From: Candidatus Babeliales bacterium
Lineage (GTDB): Bacteria > Babelota > Babeliae > Babelales > JACPOV01
Assembly: GCA_050250855.1 (NCBI GenBank)
Contig: JBFWNW010000002.1
Coordinates: 197,925 to 261,924 of the forward strand
Direction of reading: 5' to 3'
Length of the DNA stretch: 64,000 bases
Positions within the stretch are counted from its first letter, which is position 1. Each line of letters starts with the position of its first letter. The notes beneath the pieces were generated by a model. That model made no database searches. It was not told the DNA's origin and saw only the letters and a list, made by a program, of their open reading frames with translations. This document shows positions 52,433-62,059 of this stretch, one piece after another. A program made the position numbers and the translations under genes.

Positions 52433-53266
52433 GTGAATAAATTTTTTTTATATGTATTGATTTTATTTAACCTCATTGAAAGTAATATGGTTTTTTCTAT
52501 GCACAAAAATCCTTTTTCCTATGATTTAGGAATTAAACTAATTGATAAAAATACTCATAAATCTGAGCTTACTTTATGTTGCCATGGATATGGCCATTCC
52601 AATGAAATTGTTGATGTAATTAATGCCATAAATATCTTTGATCACACATTAGTTGGTTTTAATTTTCCTGATTATGGCATTACCGATGAATCTGATCATA
52701 CAAAAGTTGCTTATGGCACTATTGATGAGGTTTTACCGTTGCTTTTTTTACTTAAGTTCTATGCGTGTGAGCAAGAAATTGAAACAATTAATCTTTATGG
52801 TTTTTCTGCTGGTGCCGGGGCAATTATAAATGCACTTTCAATACTCAATCAATATTCTCATCAAGAAAAATTGCAGCACGTTGGGATTACGCATGAACAT
52901 GCACAAAAAATAGTTACTGCTCTTGCAAAAGGCGTTATTATTCTTGAATGCCCCTTAAAATCGATGCAAGAGATTATCGATTTTCGCGGTGCTACGCAAA
53001 ATCTTACTTTGATTGCAAGTAACTATAATCGTAATAATTTGAATCCTATTGATGTAATTCCTTTGTTAAAAGGATTAACATTAACTTTTTTTGTTCATTT
53101 TGCTAAACCAGATGAAGTTACGAGCAATAGAGACGATCAAATATTTATTGACCGCTTAAAAAGTGCAAATAAAGGTGTCACTTATATTTCAACAACTATG
53201 CAGAGCAACCATGCAGGGTACCATCCAGAGCTTTGGCAGAGCTATAGAGAATATAAAAATTCATGA
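52433..53266 (+). CDS. Alpha/beta hydrolase with signal-like N-terminus
   Basis: AGGAGG RBS and GTG start. Nucleophile elbow LYGFSAGAG, an oxyanion-like CCHGYGHS, and a C-terminal His (SNHAGYH). Confidence 0.7.
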   Translation: MNKFFLYVLILFNLIESNMVFSMHKNPFSYDLGIKLIDKNTHKSELTLCCHGYGHSNEIVDVINAINIFDHTLVGFNFPDYGITDESDHTKVAYGTIDEVLPLLFLLKFYACEQEIETINLYGFSAGAGAIINALSILNQYSHQEKLQHVGITHEHAQKIVTALAKGVIILECPLKSMQEIIDFRGATQNLTLIASNYNRNNLNPIDVIPLLKGLTLTFFVHFAKPDEVTSNRDDQIFIDRLKSANKGVTYISTTMQSNHAGYHPELWQSYREYKNS

Positions 53267-53283
53267 AAAGATTTTAGCAAAAA

Positions 53284-53559
53284 ATGATTAAAAAATCAGA
53301 AAAACAAAGAATATTGGCAGAATTTCAGAAAATTCCAGGTGTTGGTAAATCAATAGCGCAAGATTTGTGGGATTTGGGATTGCGTTCCTTGGATGATTTA
53401 AAAAGAAAAGATCCTGACAACTTATACGAAGATCTTTGTCTGTTAAAGGGTTGTCACGTTGATCGTTGTATGCTGTATGTTTTTCGGTGTGCTATTTATT
53501 TTGTTTCAGAAAAAGAGCATGATCCAGAGCTTTTAAAGTGGTGGCATTGGAAGGATTAA
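53284..53559 (+). CDS. Helix-hairpin-helix domain protein
   Basis: FQKIPGVGKSIAQDLWDLGLRSLDDL HhH motif; 91 aa. Confidence 0.65.
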   Translation: MIKKSEKQRILAEFQKIPGVGKSIAQDLWDLGLRSLDDLKRKDPDNLYEDLCLLKGCHVDRCMLYVFRCAIYFVSEKEHDPELLKWWHWKD

Positions 53560-53578
53560 TATTAATTGAGGTGTGAAT

Positions 53579-54196
53579 ATGAGCATTACGCAAAAAGAAA
53601 AGCAAACATTAGCGTTTTATGATAAAACTCCTGAAAAATATATGGCAGGTTATGAAAAGGCGCCATCTTTCTGGAAGCAAGAACTTGATGAACTATCCAT
53701 GATGGTTCCTTCTGGTCGAGTTCTAGATATTGGCGTTGGTAAAGGCAAGGAAGCAGAGGTTTTTATTAGTGCAGGTTATGAATATAGCGGTATTGAGCCG
53801 GCAACAGGGTTGCGATTAGAGCTTGAAAAAAGATTTCCTAATCAGCAATTTATTTCTTCAACTATATATGATTGGAATCTAGCACCACATTCCTTTGACG
53901 CTTTTTGGTGCTCTGCTATGTTGCTTCATATTCCTAAAGAAAATATTGATTTTGCTCTACAGCAAATAAAAAAGGTTATGAAGCCATCTGCGATTGGTTT
54001 TATATCTCTTGCGCAAGGTAAAGATGAATATTTTGATAAAGATTCTGGCAGATATTTTTATTTGTATGAGGACCAGATATTTGCTGATATTTTACACAAA
54101 AATGGATTTGCTATAAAAAAACAAGGCCATAGAAGTATGGATACGCATAGGCAATGGTTGAGGTCTTGGCTAACGTACTTTGTTGAGATTGTATAA
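53579..54196 (+). CDS. Class I SAM-dependent methyltransferase
   Basis: ATG at 53579 preceded by GAGGTG. Motif I VLDIGVGKGKEA; post-I and motif II pattern (FDAFWCSAMLLHI). Confidence 0.8.
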   Translation: MSITQKEKQTLAFYDKTPEKYMAGYEKAPSFWKQELDELSMMVPSGRVLDIGVGKGKEAEVFISAGYEYSGIEPATGLRLELEKRFPNQQFISSTIYDWNLAPHSFDAFWCSAMLLHIPKENIDFALQQIKKVMKPSAIGFISLAQGKDEYFDKDSGRYFYLYEDQIFADILHKNGFAIKKQGHRSMDTHRQWLRSWLTYFVEIV

Positions 54197-54203
54197 ATTT
54201 TTG

Positions 54204-55538
54204 TTACCACCCAAACACTGTTTTAGTGAATGCATTTGAAAAGATTCCTGCAGGATCGAGCCTTTTGCGTGCTTGTAAGAATAAATCAAAGTTTTTGCCA
54301 TAGAGCCTTGAAGCATCTTGTTTAGTTATATAATTAATTTTCCCCCAATGAGGACGTCCATCAAAGGTGAGCATGAGTTTGTAAAAATCTTTATAAAACT
54401 CACTTTCTTGCGTTTGGGGCATGGATACATTTAAAAAAACGACATCCTGTCCGGCAGAAGGACTTAAAAGTGCATGAGTATCAGCTAGAACGAAACGGCA
54501 AATAATGCCATTAATGGCAATTCCTTTTTTATTGTAGTGCGCTATTAAATTTTTTAAAGCTTCAAGGGCTTCTGGGAGTTTTGAAACCGGTACAGCAACT
54601 TCTTCTTCAAGATAATAGGGACTTGGTTCTCCTGCAAGCGCTTTGTAAGAATAAGCGACACTGCTAGTAGGGATAGATAGTGGTGCTATTTTTTTTGTAT
54701 CGGGTAAAAATTGATTGATTACATGTACAACAAGCCAATTGTATACAGAAATTATTAATCGTTGTAAGTGAAAGCTTAATGACGATTCAGAAGTAGCCTC
54801 ATCAGTTATATCCCATACATCAACCGCTACAGAATCTTGATGTACATTATACATGAAGGTAAAAAAGTCATGGTTGTCATATAATTTTTTATAATTTTTT
54901 TTAATAAAATCGAATGTTGTGTGCCATTGTTCATGTTTAAGTTTATACAATGGAACGCATGAAAGAGTAACAGAATAGATAATGCCAAGCGAACCAATAT
55001 TGACAAGGGCAGCATTAAAAAAATGAGCATTTTCAGTAGATGAAAGAGTGTATAAAGTGCCATCTGCTGCAACAAGTTCCATATTAACAACAAAATTTGC
55101 CAGTGTACCAGTTTTGCCAGAGCCATGAGTTCCTGTTGCTAATGCTCCAGCTATTGTTTGCTTTGTAATAGAGGGTATGTTTGGTAATGTTAAAGTATGT
55201 TCTGCTAATGCATGAATTAATTTTTTTAAGGTGATACCTGCCTGTACTTTAATTATTTTATTTTTTACATCAAGAAAGAGTATTTTGTTTAACTCTTTTG
55301 TTTCGAGCAAATATCCTTCAGAGCAGAGGATAGGTCCCCAAGAATGTCCTGAGCCAACGGCACGAATAGTTTGTTTTGTTTGCAAAGCTTGTTTTATATA
55401 GAATTGAATTTCCTCTAGGCAAGAAACTGAAATTACATGCTCAGGATAACAAACATCTTTTTTTGACCAATTTTTCCAGCATAAGAGCGATGAATAAAGC
55501 ATGGTACTATATAAAAAAAGTATAGTTATTTTATTCAC
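54204..55538 (-). CDS. FAD-linked oxidase of the D-arabinono-1,4-lactone / L-gulonolactone oxidase type
   Basis: N-terminal W.NW...C.P, FAD-binding block IRAVGSGHSWGPI, and the C-terminal ALO hallmark DGRPHWGK...RLDPAGIFSN. Hydrophobic N-terminus. Confidence 0.8.
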   Translation of the reverse strand: MNKITILFLYSTMLYSSLLCWKNWSKKDVCYPEHVISVSCLEEIQFYIKQALQTKQTIRAVGSGHSWGPILCSEGYLLETKELNKILFLDVKNKIIKVQAGITLKKLIHALAEHTLTLPNIPSITKQTIAGALATGTHGSGKTGTLANFVVNMELVAADGTLYTLSSTENAHFFNAALVNIGSLGIIYSVTLSCVPLYKLKHEQWHTTFDFIKKNYKKLYDNHDFFTFMYNVHQDSVAVDVWDITDEATSESSLSFHLQRLIISVYNWLVVHVINQFLPDTKKIAPLSIPTSSVAYSYKALAGEPSPYYLEEEVAVPVSKLPEALEALKNLIAHYNKKGIAINGIICRFVLADTHALLSPSAGQDVVFLNVSMPQTQESEFYKDFYKLMLTFDGRPHWGKINYITKQDASRLYGKNFDLFLQARKRLDPAGIFSNAFTKTVFGW

Positions 55539-55620
55539 AGAGTTCCTATTGTTTTGCTATGGTTTTTAAGAAATTCTCTTTTCTTTTTTTAAAGATACTT
55601 TTTATTAAAGGTTAAAATCT

Positions 55621-56916
55621 ATGATTTTTTTGTTTTTTTTGGTAGTTCATACTGCTTTAAATTTTTGTACAAATCTTAGTGCGCATGAACATTTTTCTTC
55701 TGTGCAGCCACAATTAAAAGAAGTGACTTCTCATCATGAAATTATGAATCGTGGCATGTATGGTGCTTATCCTATGACGCGGGAAGCATCCGGCACTAGC
55801 TGGCTTCCTGAGTCAAGCCCCATGGAGGCAATACATCTTGTGCGTCAAGATTGGTCAATGATGTTTCATGGTTATTTCTATACTATTTTTGATCAGCAGC
55901 GAGGTAATCTTGGTGCTATAAAAACATTTGCTGAAAGTATGGGCATGTTTACGGTGCAGAAAAATTTACCGCGTGACACTTTTGCATTTAGAAGTATGTT
56001 TTCCACCGAGCCGTTTACTATAGGAAAGTGTGGTTATCCGTTGCTGTTTCAAACAGGAGAAACGTGTGATGGCGTTACGCCGCTGGTAAACCGGCAGCAT
56101 CCACATGATCTTTTTATGGAACTTTCTGTAGTTTATTCTCATATATTTCGTGATGATGCATCGTCAATGTTTTTTTATATTGGCTTGCCGGGAGAGCCCG
56201 CTCTAGGCCCTACGGTGTTTATGATGAGATTTTCAGGAGAATATAACCCTGAAGCTCCTTTAGGGCACCATTGGATGGATTCTACGCATATTACCTTTGG
56301 TGTTGCTACCGTTGGGGCAGTTTTGAAAAAAAATATTAAATTTGAAGTTTCAGCATTTAATGGCCGTGAGCCAGATCAGCATAGATACGATATTGAAAAG
56401 CCAAAGTTTGATTCTGGCAGTTTTCGTTTTTCATGGAACTGTAATGAAAATTGGTCAATCCAGGCAAGCTATGGGTATTTAAAAAGTCCTGAACAGCTAG
56501 AGCCAAATGTGCATGAACATCGTTGGATTGCCAGTGCCCAATATAATAAAGCATTTGAGCAGCATTCAAATCTTCAAGTGGTGGCTATTTTGGGAGTGAA
56601 AAAAAATAAACCAGGAAGAACACTGCCGGCATTTTTGCTTGAGGGGACGTACGAACATCAACAGCACCACTTATTCTTTTCGCGCTTTGAAACCTTGGTA
56701 AATGACGAACTTTTTTTTGATCCAAGTCCTTTGGCGAATAAAAAGCTTACCATTAATAAAGCTACCTTTGGCTATATTTTTGAATGGGTTAATAAGCCTA
56801 TAAAATGGGGTATAGGGGCACTTCTTGATTTCCCTATGGTGGGCTCAAGGCTTAATACAGCGTATGGCAGTTCGCTTGCCTCCTTTATGCTGTTTTTCCA
56901 GGTAAGAATTATCTAA
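55621..56916 (+). CDS. Hypothetical exported, probably outer-membrane beta-barrel, protein with His-rich N-terminus
   Basis: Signal-like N-terminus, then HEHFSS...SHHEIM and YPMTREASGTSWLPESSP, followed by alternating aromatic/Gly strands. Family not recognised. Confidence 0.55.
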   Translation: MIFLFFLVVHTALNFCTNLSAHEHFSSVQPQLKEVTSHHEIMNRGMYGAYPMTREASGTSWLPESSPMEAIHLVRQDWSMMFHGYFYTIFDQQRGNLGAIKTFAESMGMFTVQKNLPRDTFAFRSMFSTEPFTIGKCGYPLLFQTGETCDGVTPLVNRQHPHDLFMELSVVYSHIFRDDASSMFFYIGLPGEPALGPTVFMMRFSGEYNPEAPLGHHWMDSTHITFGVATVGAVLKKNIKFEVSAFNGREPDQHRYDIEKPKFDSGSFRFSWNCNENWSIQASYGYLKSPEQLEPNVHEHRWIASAQYNKAFEQHSNLQVVAILGVKKNKPGRTLPAFLLEGTYEHQQHHLFFSRFETLVNDELFFDPSPLANKKLTINKATFGYIFEWVNKPIKWGIGALLDFPMVGSRLNTAYGSSLASFMLFFQVRII

Positions 56917-57256
56917 TAGTCGTATCTATTGACTTTTTATTTTTATTATGTCATACTAGAAAGTGATGATTAATACTTATCATAAATCTCTTTATCAAAA
57001 CCCCCTCTTTTTAAAGAAATTTTCAAGGCTCTTACACGGTATAGTACTACTGAACATAAAGCGTACTTTTACTCTCAATTACGCGCATGCGGAAAATCAG
57101 GGTAGAAGTAAATGTCCATTAATTAACTATAAGTACTTATGCTGTTAAAGGGCCTTTTTTTTAATTCCTATCGCAAAAACATTCTTTTCCCCGATACATT
57201 TTGTTAAAATCATATGAGAATAATTTTGAAATTTGAAAAAAACAAATAAGGAATAA

Positions 57257-57913
57257 ATGAAATTTAAAACAATTATTTTTGATATGGATGGTACCATTAT
57301 TGATACCGTGCATCTCTGGCAAAAAGCAAATAGATTGCTTTTAGAGCAGTATGGTATTATGTGCAGTCAAGAAGAGCTCAATAAACGCCAAGAGCATATG
57401 CATGGGTTATCAACGGCAGAGCATTGCCTTTTTTTAAAAATGGAGTTTAATATTCCTACCGATGTTATGACTTTAGTTGAGCAAAAAAGTGCTCTTGCCA
57501 TGAAGTTATTTGAAAAAGAACTGCAGTTTGTGCATGGTTTTCAAGAGTTTCATCAGCGTGTTATTGATAAAGAGTTAAAAACTGGTATAGCAACGAATGC
57601 TAATAATCTTACTATTGCAACAACAGACAAAGCGCTGAATTTATCTTCTTATTTTGGTCAGCATATTTATGGTATCTCATGCGTCAAGCAAGGAAAACCT
57701 GATCCTGCAATTTTTTTACATACAGCAGAGCAATTAGAAGCTGAGCCGCGTGATTGTATTGTTATTGAAGATTCGCCACATGGTATTCAAGCAGCAAAAG
57801 CTGCCGGTATGACGTGCATTGGCATTAATACTGGAAAAAATAGAAAAGCATTAGAAGCCGCAGATCATATTATCGATTATTATCATGAAATTAATCTTGA
57901 TGAATTTATATAA
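57257..57913 (+). CDS. HAD-superfamily hydrolase (beta-phosphoglucomutase-like subfamily)
   Basis: Motif I FDMDGTIIDT, motif II ATNA, motif III GKPDP, motif IV EDSPHGIQAAKAAGM. Confidence 0.85.
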   Translation: MKFKTIIFDMDGTIIDTVHLWQKANRLLLEQYGIMCSQEELNKRQEHMHGLSTAEHCLFLKMEFNIPTDVMTLVEQKSALAMKLFEKELQFVHGFQEFHQRVIDKELKTGIATNANNLTIATTDKALNLSSYFGQHIYGISCVKQGKPDPAIFLHTAEQLEAEPRDCIVIEDSPHGIQAAKAAGMTCIGINTGKNRKALEAADHIIDYYHEINLDEFI

Positions 57914-57962
57914 ATTTTTATTCCTTATTATTTTTATAGTATATGCGGAGGCATACGATTGT

Positions 57963-58460
57963 ATGATACATTATCAACCTTGCGATCAGCAGAATTTTGC
58001 TGAAGCATTTTCTTTTTTGTGCTCTACTATAGTAGAATCTCAAAGTAGTTTTTTGACACCTGAACATGTTAAACAAGAAATCTCATTAAAAAAGAGTGTT
58101 ATAGAAGAGCGCATTAAAGCTGCACTAATTGATGATGATAAGTATGTAGGAATAGCTAAAAAAGATAATAAAATAGTTGGCTTTATCAGTGCGCGTGTTG
58201 TTGATGATGCTGTTTTTATTGATTATCTTTATGTTGATAAAAACCACAGAGGGCAGGGGATAGGTCCATTGCTTATCAAAGCGTGTATTGCTGAATTACG
58301 TGCATTAAATATTTTTTCTAAAATTAGACTTCAAGTTCATACAAAAAATCAACGAGCTATAGAAAAATATTATAAAGAAGGATTTAAACAAATCGGCTAC
58401 AAAGAGAAAGAAGATTGTAGGTATCTGATCATGGAAAGAGAAGTTGACAATTATAATTAA
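57963..58460 (+). CDS. GNAT-family N-acetyltransferase
   Basis: Acetyl-CoA motif HRGQGIGPLLIKAC. The start is uncertain: the track start at 57885 would add a hydrophobic leader and overlap the HAD gene by 29 nt, while the Met at 57963 gives a typical ~165 aa GNAT. Confidence 0.7.
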   Translation: MIHYQPCDQQNFAEAFSFLCSTIVESQSSFLTPEHVKQEISLKKSVIEERIKAALIDDDKYVGIAKKDNKIVGFISARVVDDAVFIDYLYVDKNHRGQGIGPLLIKACIAELRALNIFSKIRLQVHTKNQRAIEKYYKEGFKQIGYKEKEDCRYLIMEREVDNYN

Positions 58461-58474
58461 TCAGAGGATTATAG

Positions 58475-59524
58475 ATGAAAATTTTTATGCTTTCTTTTAT
58501 TTTCTATAGTTTTTTTTCATTAGCTCAAGAGCACCTTGTTTTAGAAACTATCTATGGTAAATATACTATTACTGAACCGGTATTAATAGAATTGCTTGAG
58601 CACCCCATGATGCAGCGGTTAAAAAAAGTTCGTCAATATGGCGTTAATCATTTTATGATCAAGCCAGAAGAGTATCACCGCTATGAGCATTCTATTGGGG
58701 TATTTTTATTGTTGCGTATGCACGGGGCAAGTTTGCATGAGCAAATTGCAGGATTGTTACATGATGTTTCCCATACCGTATTTTCCCACGTTGGCGATTG
58801 GGTGTTTCAACATGCTGATGGTCTTTTTTCGTACCAAGATACTATTCATGAAGATTTTTTATACAAAAGTGGTTTGCATGTAGTTCTTGAAAAACATGGT
58901 TTTGCACCATGCGACGTTGTACATAAAAATAAAGAGTTTAGCATGCTTGAGCAGGATTTACCTGATCTGTGTGCTGATCGTATAGAATATAATCTGCAGG
59001 GTGGTTTGCGTGAGCAGTTAATAACGCAAGAAGAATTTCAGGCATTACTTGAAAATTTACACTATCAAAATGGTCATTGGTTTTTTACTGACCAAAAACT
59101 TGCACGCAGCTTTGCAGAAATTTCTTTGTATCATACCAAGTATATATGGGGTTCATGTGAGGATCTTATCGTTTATATGCTCGCTGGCAAGATTTTAAAA
59201 GATGCGGTAGCAATTCATTATTTGACGTTAGATGATATTCATTTTGGTACGGATGATGATATTTGGCAGCGCTTATGCTCATGTACACATCCAGATATCG
59301 TTGCCGGTATGCATGAGCTCAAGCAGTACAAAGAACTGTATCAACCTACACAAGATTCTGAGCATGCTATAAAACTTTGTTCAAAGTTCCGTGGCGTTGA
59401 TCCCTATGTTAAAAAAGAGGGTAGATTATATCGCTTGACGGAGCTTGATGTAGAGTATAAGCAGCGTTATGATGCGTATAAAAAAGAGAAAACAACTGGC
59501 TGCTATTTTGTAAAACTATTGTAA
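58475..59524 (+). CDS. HD-domain phosphohydrolase of the SAMHD1/dNTPase-like type with signal-like N-terminus
   Basis: QRLKKVRQYG, HRYEHSIGV, GLLHDVSHTVFSH and LCADRIEYNL match the ordered conserved blocks of SAMHD1-like HD proteins. An extra N-terminal MKIFMLSFIFYSFFSLAQ is present. Confidence 0.75.
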   Translation: MKIFMLSFIFYSFFSLAQEHLVLETIYGKYTITEPVLIELLEHPMMQRLKKVRQYGVNHFMIKPEEYHRYEHSIGVFLLLRMHGASLHEQIAGLLHDVSHTVFSHVGDWVFQHADGLFSYQDTIHEDFLYKSGLHVVLEKHGFAPCDVVHKNKEFSMLEQDLPDLCADRIEYNLQGGLREQLITQEEFQALLENLHYQNGHWFFTDQKLARSFAEISLYHTKYIWGSCEDLIVYMLAGKILKDAVAIHYLTLDDIHFGTDDDIWQRLCSCTHPDIVAGMHELKQYKELYQPTQDSEHAIKLCSKFRGVDPYVKKEGRLYRLTELDVEYKQRYDAYKKEKTTGCYFVKLL

Positions 59525-59588
59525 TATGCTGTTTCTATTTCTTATTATAGTACGGGTATATTTTTTAATATTGTATTAAAGGAATAGT

Positions 59589-60338
59589 ATGAAATTTTTA
59601 AAATATGCACTCTGCATAGTGAATATAGCTTATGCAGCGCAAGAGCACGCAGCATTATCATTGTATAAAGAAACAGATCACTTTAAAATCTATTGTACTG
59701 ATGTTGATTGTGCTGTAGCAGATAATATTCTTGATGAAGCTGAAGTTTTTTTTGAACAATTAACATCTGATTTTAACCACAAATTCGAAGGTTCTAAAAT
59801 CTTGTTTAATATTTATCCAGATCTGGTATCTTTTCATAAAGCAATTGCTTGGGACGCTGCTCCTGATTGGGTTGTTGCTTTTCATGATAAAAATAGTACT
59901 ACCATGTGTTCTCCGTTAAATCCGGGACCGCATCACTCATATGCAAGTCTGATGAAATCAAGTAAAAATGGTTTGGTACAATTTTTTATACACGATACCT
60001 TTAAGGGGCAGACAATTCCTCGCTGGCTTTACCAAGGAGTTACTTTATATAAAACTAATTATTATTCAGATCAAAGTATTAATGAGCTTTTTTATGAAGA
60101 TGGATCATTACCACTTTTTGAACAATTAGAAAATGTAGAAGATACTTTGGCATTTGATAAGCTTAATGGATTTAGTGCTTCCTTTTGGATGGTGAGATTT
60201 CTTAATGAACGTTGGGGTTGGAATACTATTTTAGGATTGCTAGAAAATTATTCTAACTTTGAAGCTATTTTGGGCATAACAAAAAAAGAGTTTGGCGAAC
60301 ATTGGATTGAATTTATAAAAAACAAAAAAGAAAAATAG
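59589..60338 (+). CDS. Hypothetical exported protein
   Basis: Signal peptide MKFLKYALCIVNIAYAAQ; no catalytic motif recognised. Confidence 0.6.
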   Translation: MKFLKYALCIVNIAYAAQEHAALSLYKETDHFKIYCTDVDCAVADNILDEAEVFFEQLTSDFNHKFEGSKILFNIYPDLVSFHKAIAWDAAPDWVVAFHDKNSTTMCSPLNPGPHHSYASLMKSSKNGLVQFFIHDTFKGQTIPRWLYQGVTLYKTNYYSDQSINELFYEDGSLPLFEQLENVEDTLAFDKLNGFSASFWMVRFLNERWGWNTILGLLENYSNFEAILGITKKEFGEHWIEFIKNKKEK

Positions 60339-60345
60339 AGAAACT

Positions 60346-60810
60346 ATGACTTTCCTTATCTCACTTTTTATTGCACTACAAATTATTCTTTTTTTTGTTA
60401 TGACGTTTCATGACTGGGTGCATATACCACCGCTGACTGATATACGCGAACTTGAAAAGCATAGCACTAAAAAAGGGCGCTTTATTAATTCATTAATTTT
60501 TGCTCTTATTGTTGCCTATCCACTATATCTTACGTATGCATATAGAGATCATTATACGTTTGGCAGTATGCTTTCAATAGTTTTAGTCTATGGCCTTTTA
60601 ACGCTAGGCACCATTCTTTCTTGGTGGATTCCATATTTTTTTGGCAGTTATTCAGCAGCGCATAAAGAGGCTTTTGCAGAATATCGTACTACGCACCATT
60701 TTTTACCCCCGATTGGTGATAGCGTAGTTCCTAATACGTTTCATGTTCTCTTGCATCTTTTGATTTGGACCTGTTTTGGCATAGCGTTGTATCTTCTCTG
60801 TTCTTTCTAG
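60346..60810 (+). CDS. Hypothetical four-helix membrane protein
   Basis: Four hydrophobic segments, 154 aa; family unknown. Confidence 0.6.
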   Translation: MTFLISLFIALQIILFFVMTFHDWVHIPPLTDIRELEKHSTKKGRFINSLIFALIVAYPLYLTYAYRDHYTFGSMLSIVLVYGLLTLGTILSWWIPYFFGSYSAAHKEAFAEYRTTHHFLPPIGDSVVPNTFHVLLHLLIWTCFGIALYLLCSF

Positions 60811-60875
60811 AAAAATAACTTTTTGAATGGTATACTTCCCTGCAATAAAAACCTCATGTCATAAGGAAGTTAATT

Positions 60876-62039
60876 ATGAAGATAAAATTTTTATTATTTA
60901 TTGGTTTAAGCTTTCAATTTCTTTATTGCAAAAAAGAAGAGATTAAAGCAGGAATAACGTATGAACACGTGCAGCAAGAAAAACCTGATCGCCTTTCAAT
61001 GCATATAGTTACGCTTGATCTTAAAAAAGTAGATATTTCATTAGAGCGAGCTTTGGGTGGCAAGATGAATCGCGAAGAGCCTTCGTCGATTGCATCGCGA
61101 ACAGGCGCTGTTGTTGCTTGTAATGGTGCAAATTATAGACGAGGTGGTCGTTATAATGGCAATCAATTAAATCTTTGTTTAATGTATGGAAAAGTTTTTA
61201 ATGATCCTCAATTTGCGCGGGGTGTTATTGCGTGGAATAAAGCTGGTAGCGTGATAATAGAGCAGTTAAAGCTTAATTGGCATTGTAAAATTGGATCTTT
61301 AGAACTTCCTGTTGATAGAATTAATCAGCCAAAAGCGCTGCATGAAAAAATTCTTTATAATAGTACCTTTAATACGCATACATTAACTGATAAAAATAGT
61401 ACCGATATCGTTATAAAAGATGGTAAGGTTATTGCTCTTAAAAAAGGAGGTAATGCCAAAATTCCTTCACATGGCTATGTATACAGTTGTGATAGCGAGG
61501 ATACTCTTCTTGCAAAAATAACGGTTGGAGCACCAGTATCTGTTGATTTTACTTATAACTCTGCTGATACTGCAGATGAAATGTGGCGTAGTATGGATTT
61601 TATATTAGGTGGTGCTGGCCTTATTTTAAAACATGGTGAGGTTGTTACTAATTTTGATCAAGAGTTTACGAATGGAAAACAAATTTTGCATTCACATGAT
61701 GAGGCTGCAGCAGATTTTCACAATGATCAAGAACGTAATTGGCTTGTTAATAAGCGTCATCCTCGAACTGCATTAGGAATACAAGAAAATGGTACTATAG
61801 TGTTGGTGGTTGTGGATGGTAGAAAACCTGAACATAGCGTGGGAATGACGTTGCCCGAACTTGGTGCTTACATGAAATCCTTGGGATGCAAAGATGCATT
61901 AAACCTTGGAGGTGGGGGCTGCTCAGCTTTATATATTGTTGATAAAATTGTTAATGAAGTTTCTGGTAGCGAAATTCAAGGTTCATTTTCAGCCCAAGAG
62001 CGGCCAGTTTCTGAGGCTTTTATTGTTATGCCAAAATAG
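60876..62039 (+). CDS. Phosphodiester glycosidase (DUF2233 / NAGPA 'uncovering enzyme'-like) protein
   Basis: HPRTALGIQENGTIVLVVVDGR...GMTLPELGAYMKSLGCKDALNLGGGG is the characteristic C-terminal block of this family. Signal peptide present. Confidence 0.75.
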   Translation: MKIKFLLFIGLSFQFLYCKKEEIKAGITYEHVQQEKPDRLSMHIVTLDLKKVDISLERALGGKMNREEPSSIASRTGAVVACNGANYRRGGRYNGNQLNLCLMYGKVFNDPQFARGVIAWNKAGSVIIEQLKLNWHCKIGSLELPVDRINQPKALHEKILYNSTFNTHTLTDKNSTDIVIKDGKVIALKKGGNAKIPSHGYVYSCDSEDTLLAKITVGAPVSVDFTYNSADTADEMWRSMDFILGGAGLILKHGEVVTNFDQEFTNGKQILHSHDEAAADFHNDQERNWLVNKRHPRTALGIQENGTIVLVVVDGRKPEHSVGMTLPELGAYMKSLGCKDALNLGGGGCSALYIVDKIVNEVSGSEIQGSFSAQERPVSEAFIVMPK

Positions 62040-62059
62040 TAATCATAAAGGATTATGTT

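Noticed and set aside
56963-57148. 61-aa ORF in the 56917-57256 spacer
   Set aside because: It has no RBS, a GTG/ATG ambiguity and an odd composition ending in YLCC. The spacer is treated only as a weak sRNA candidate.
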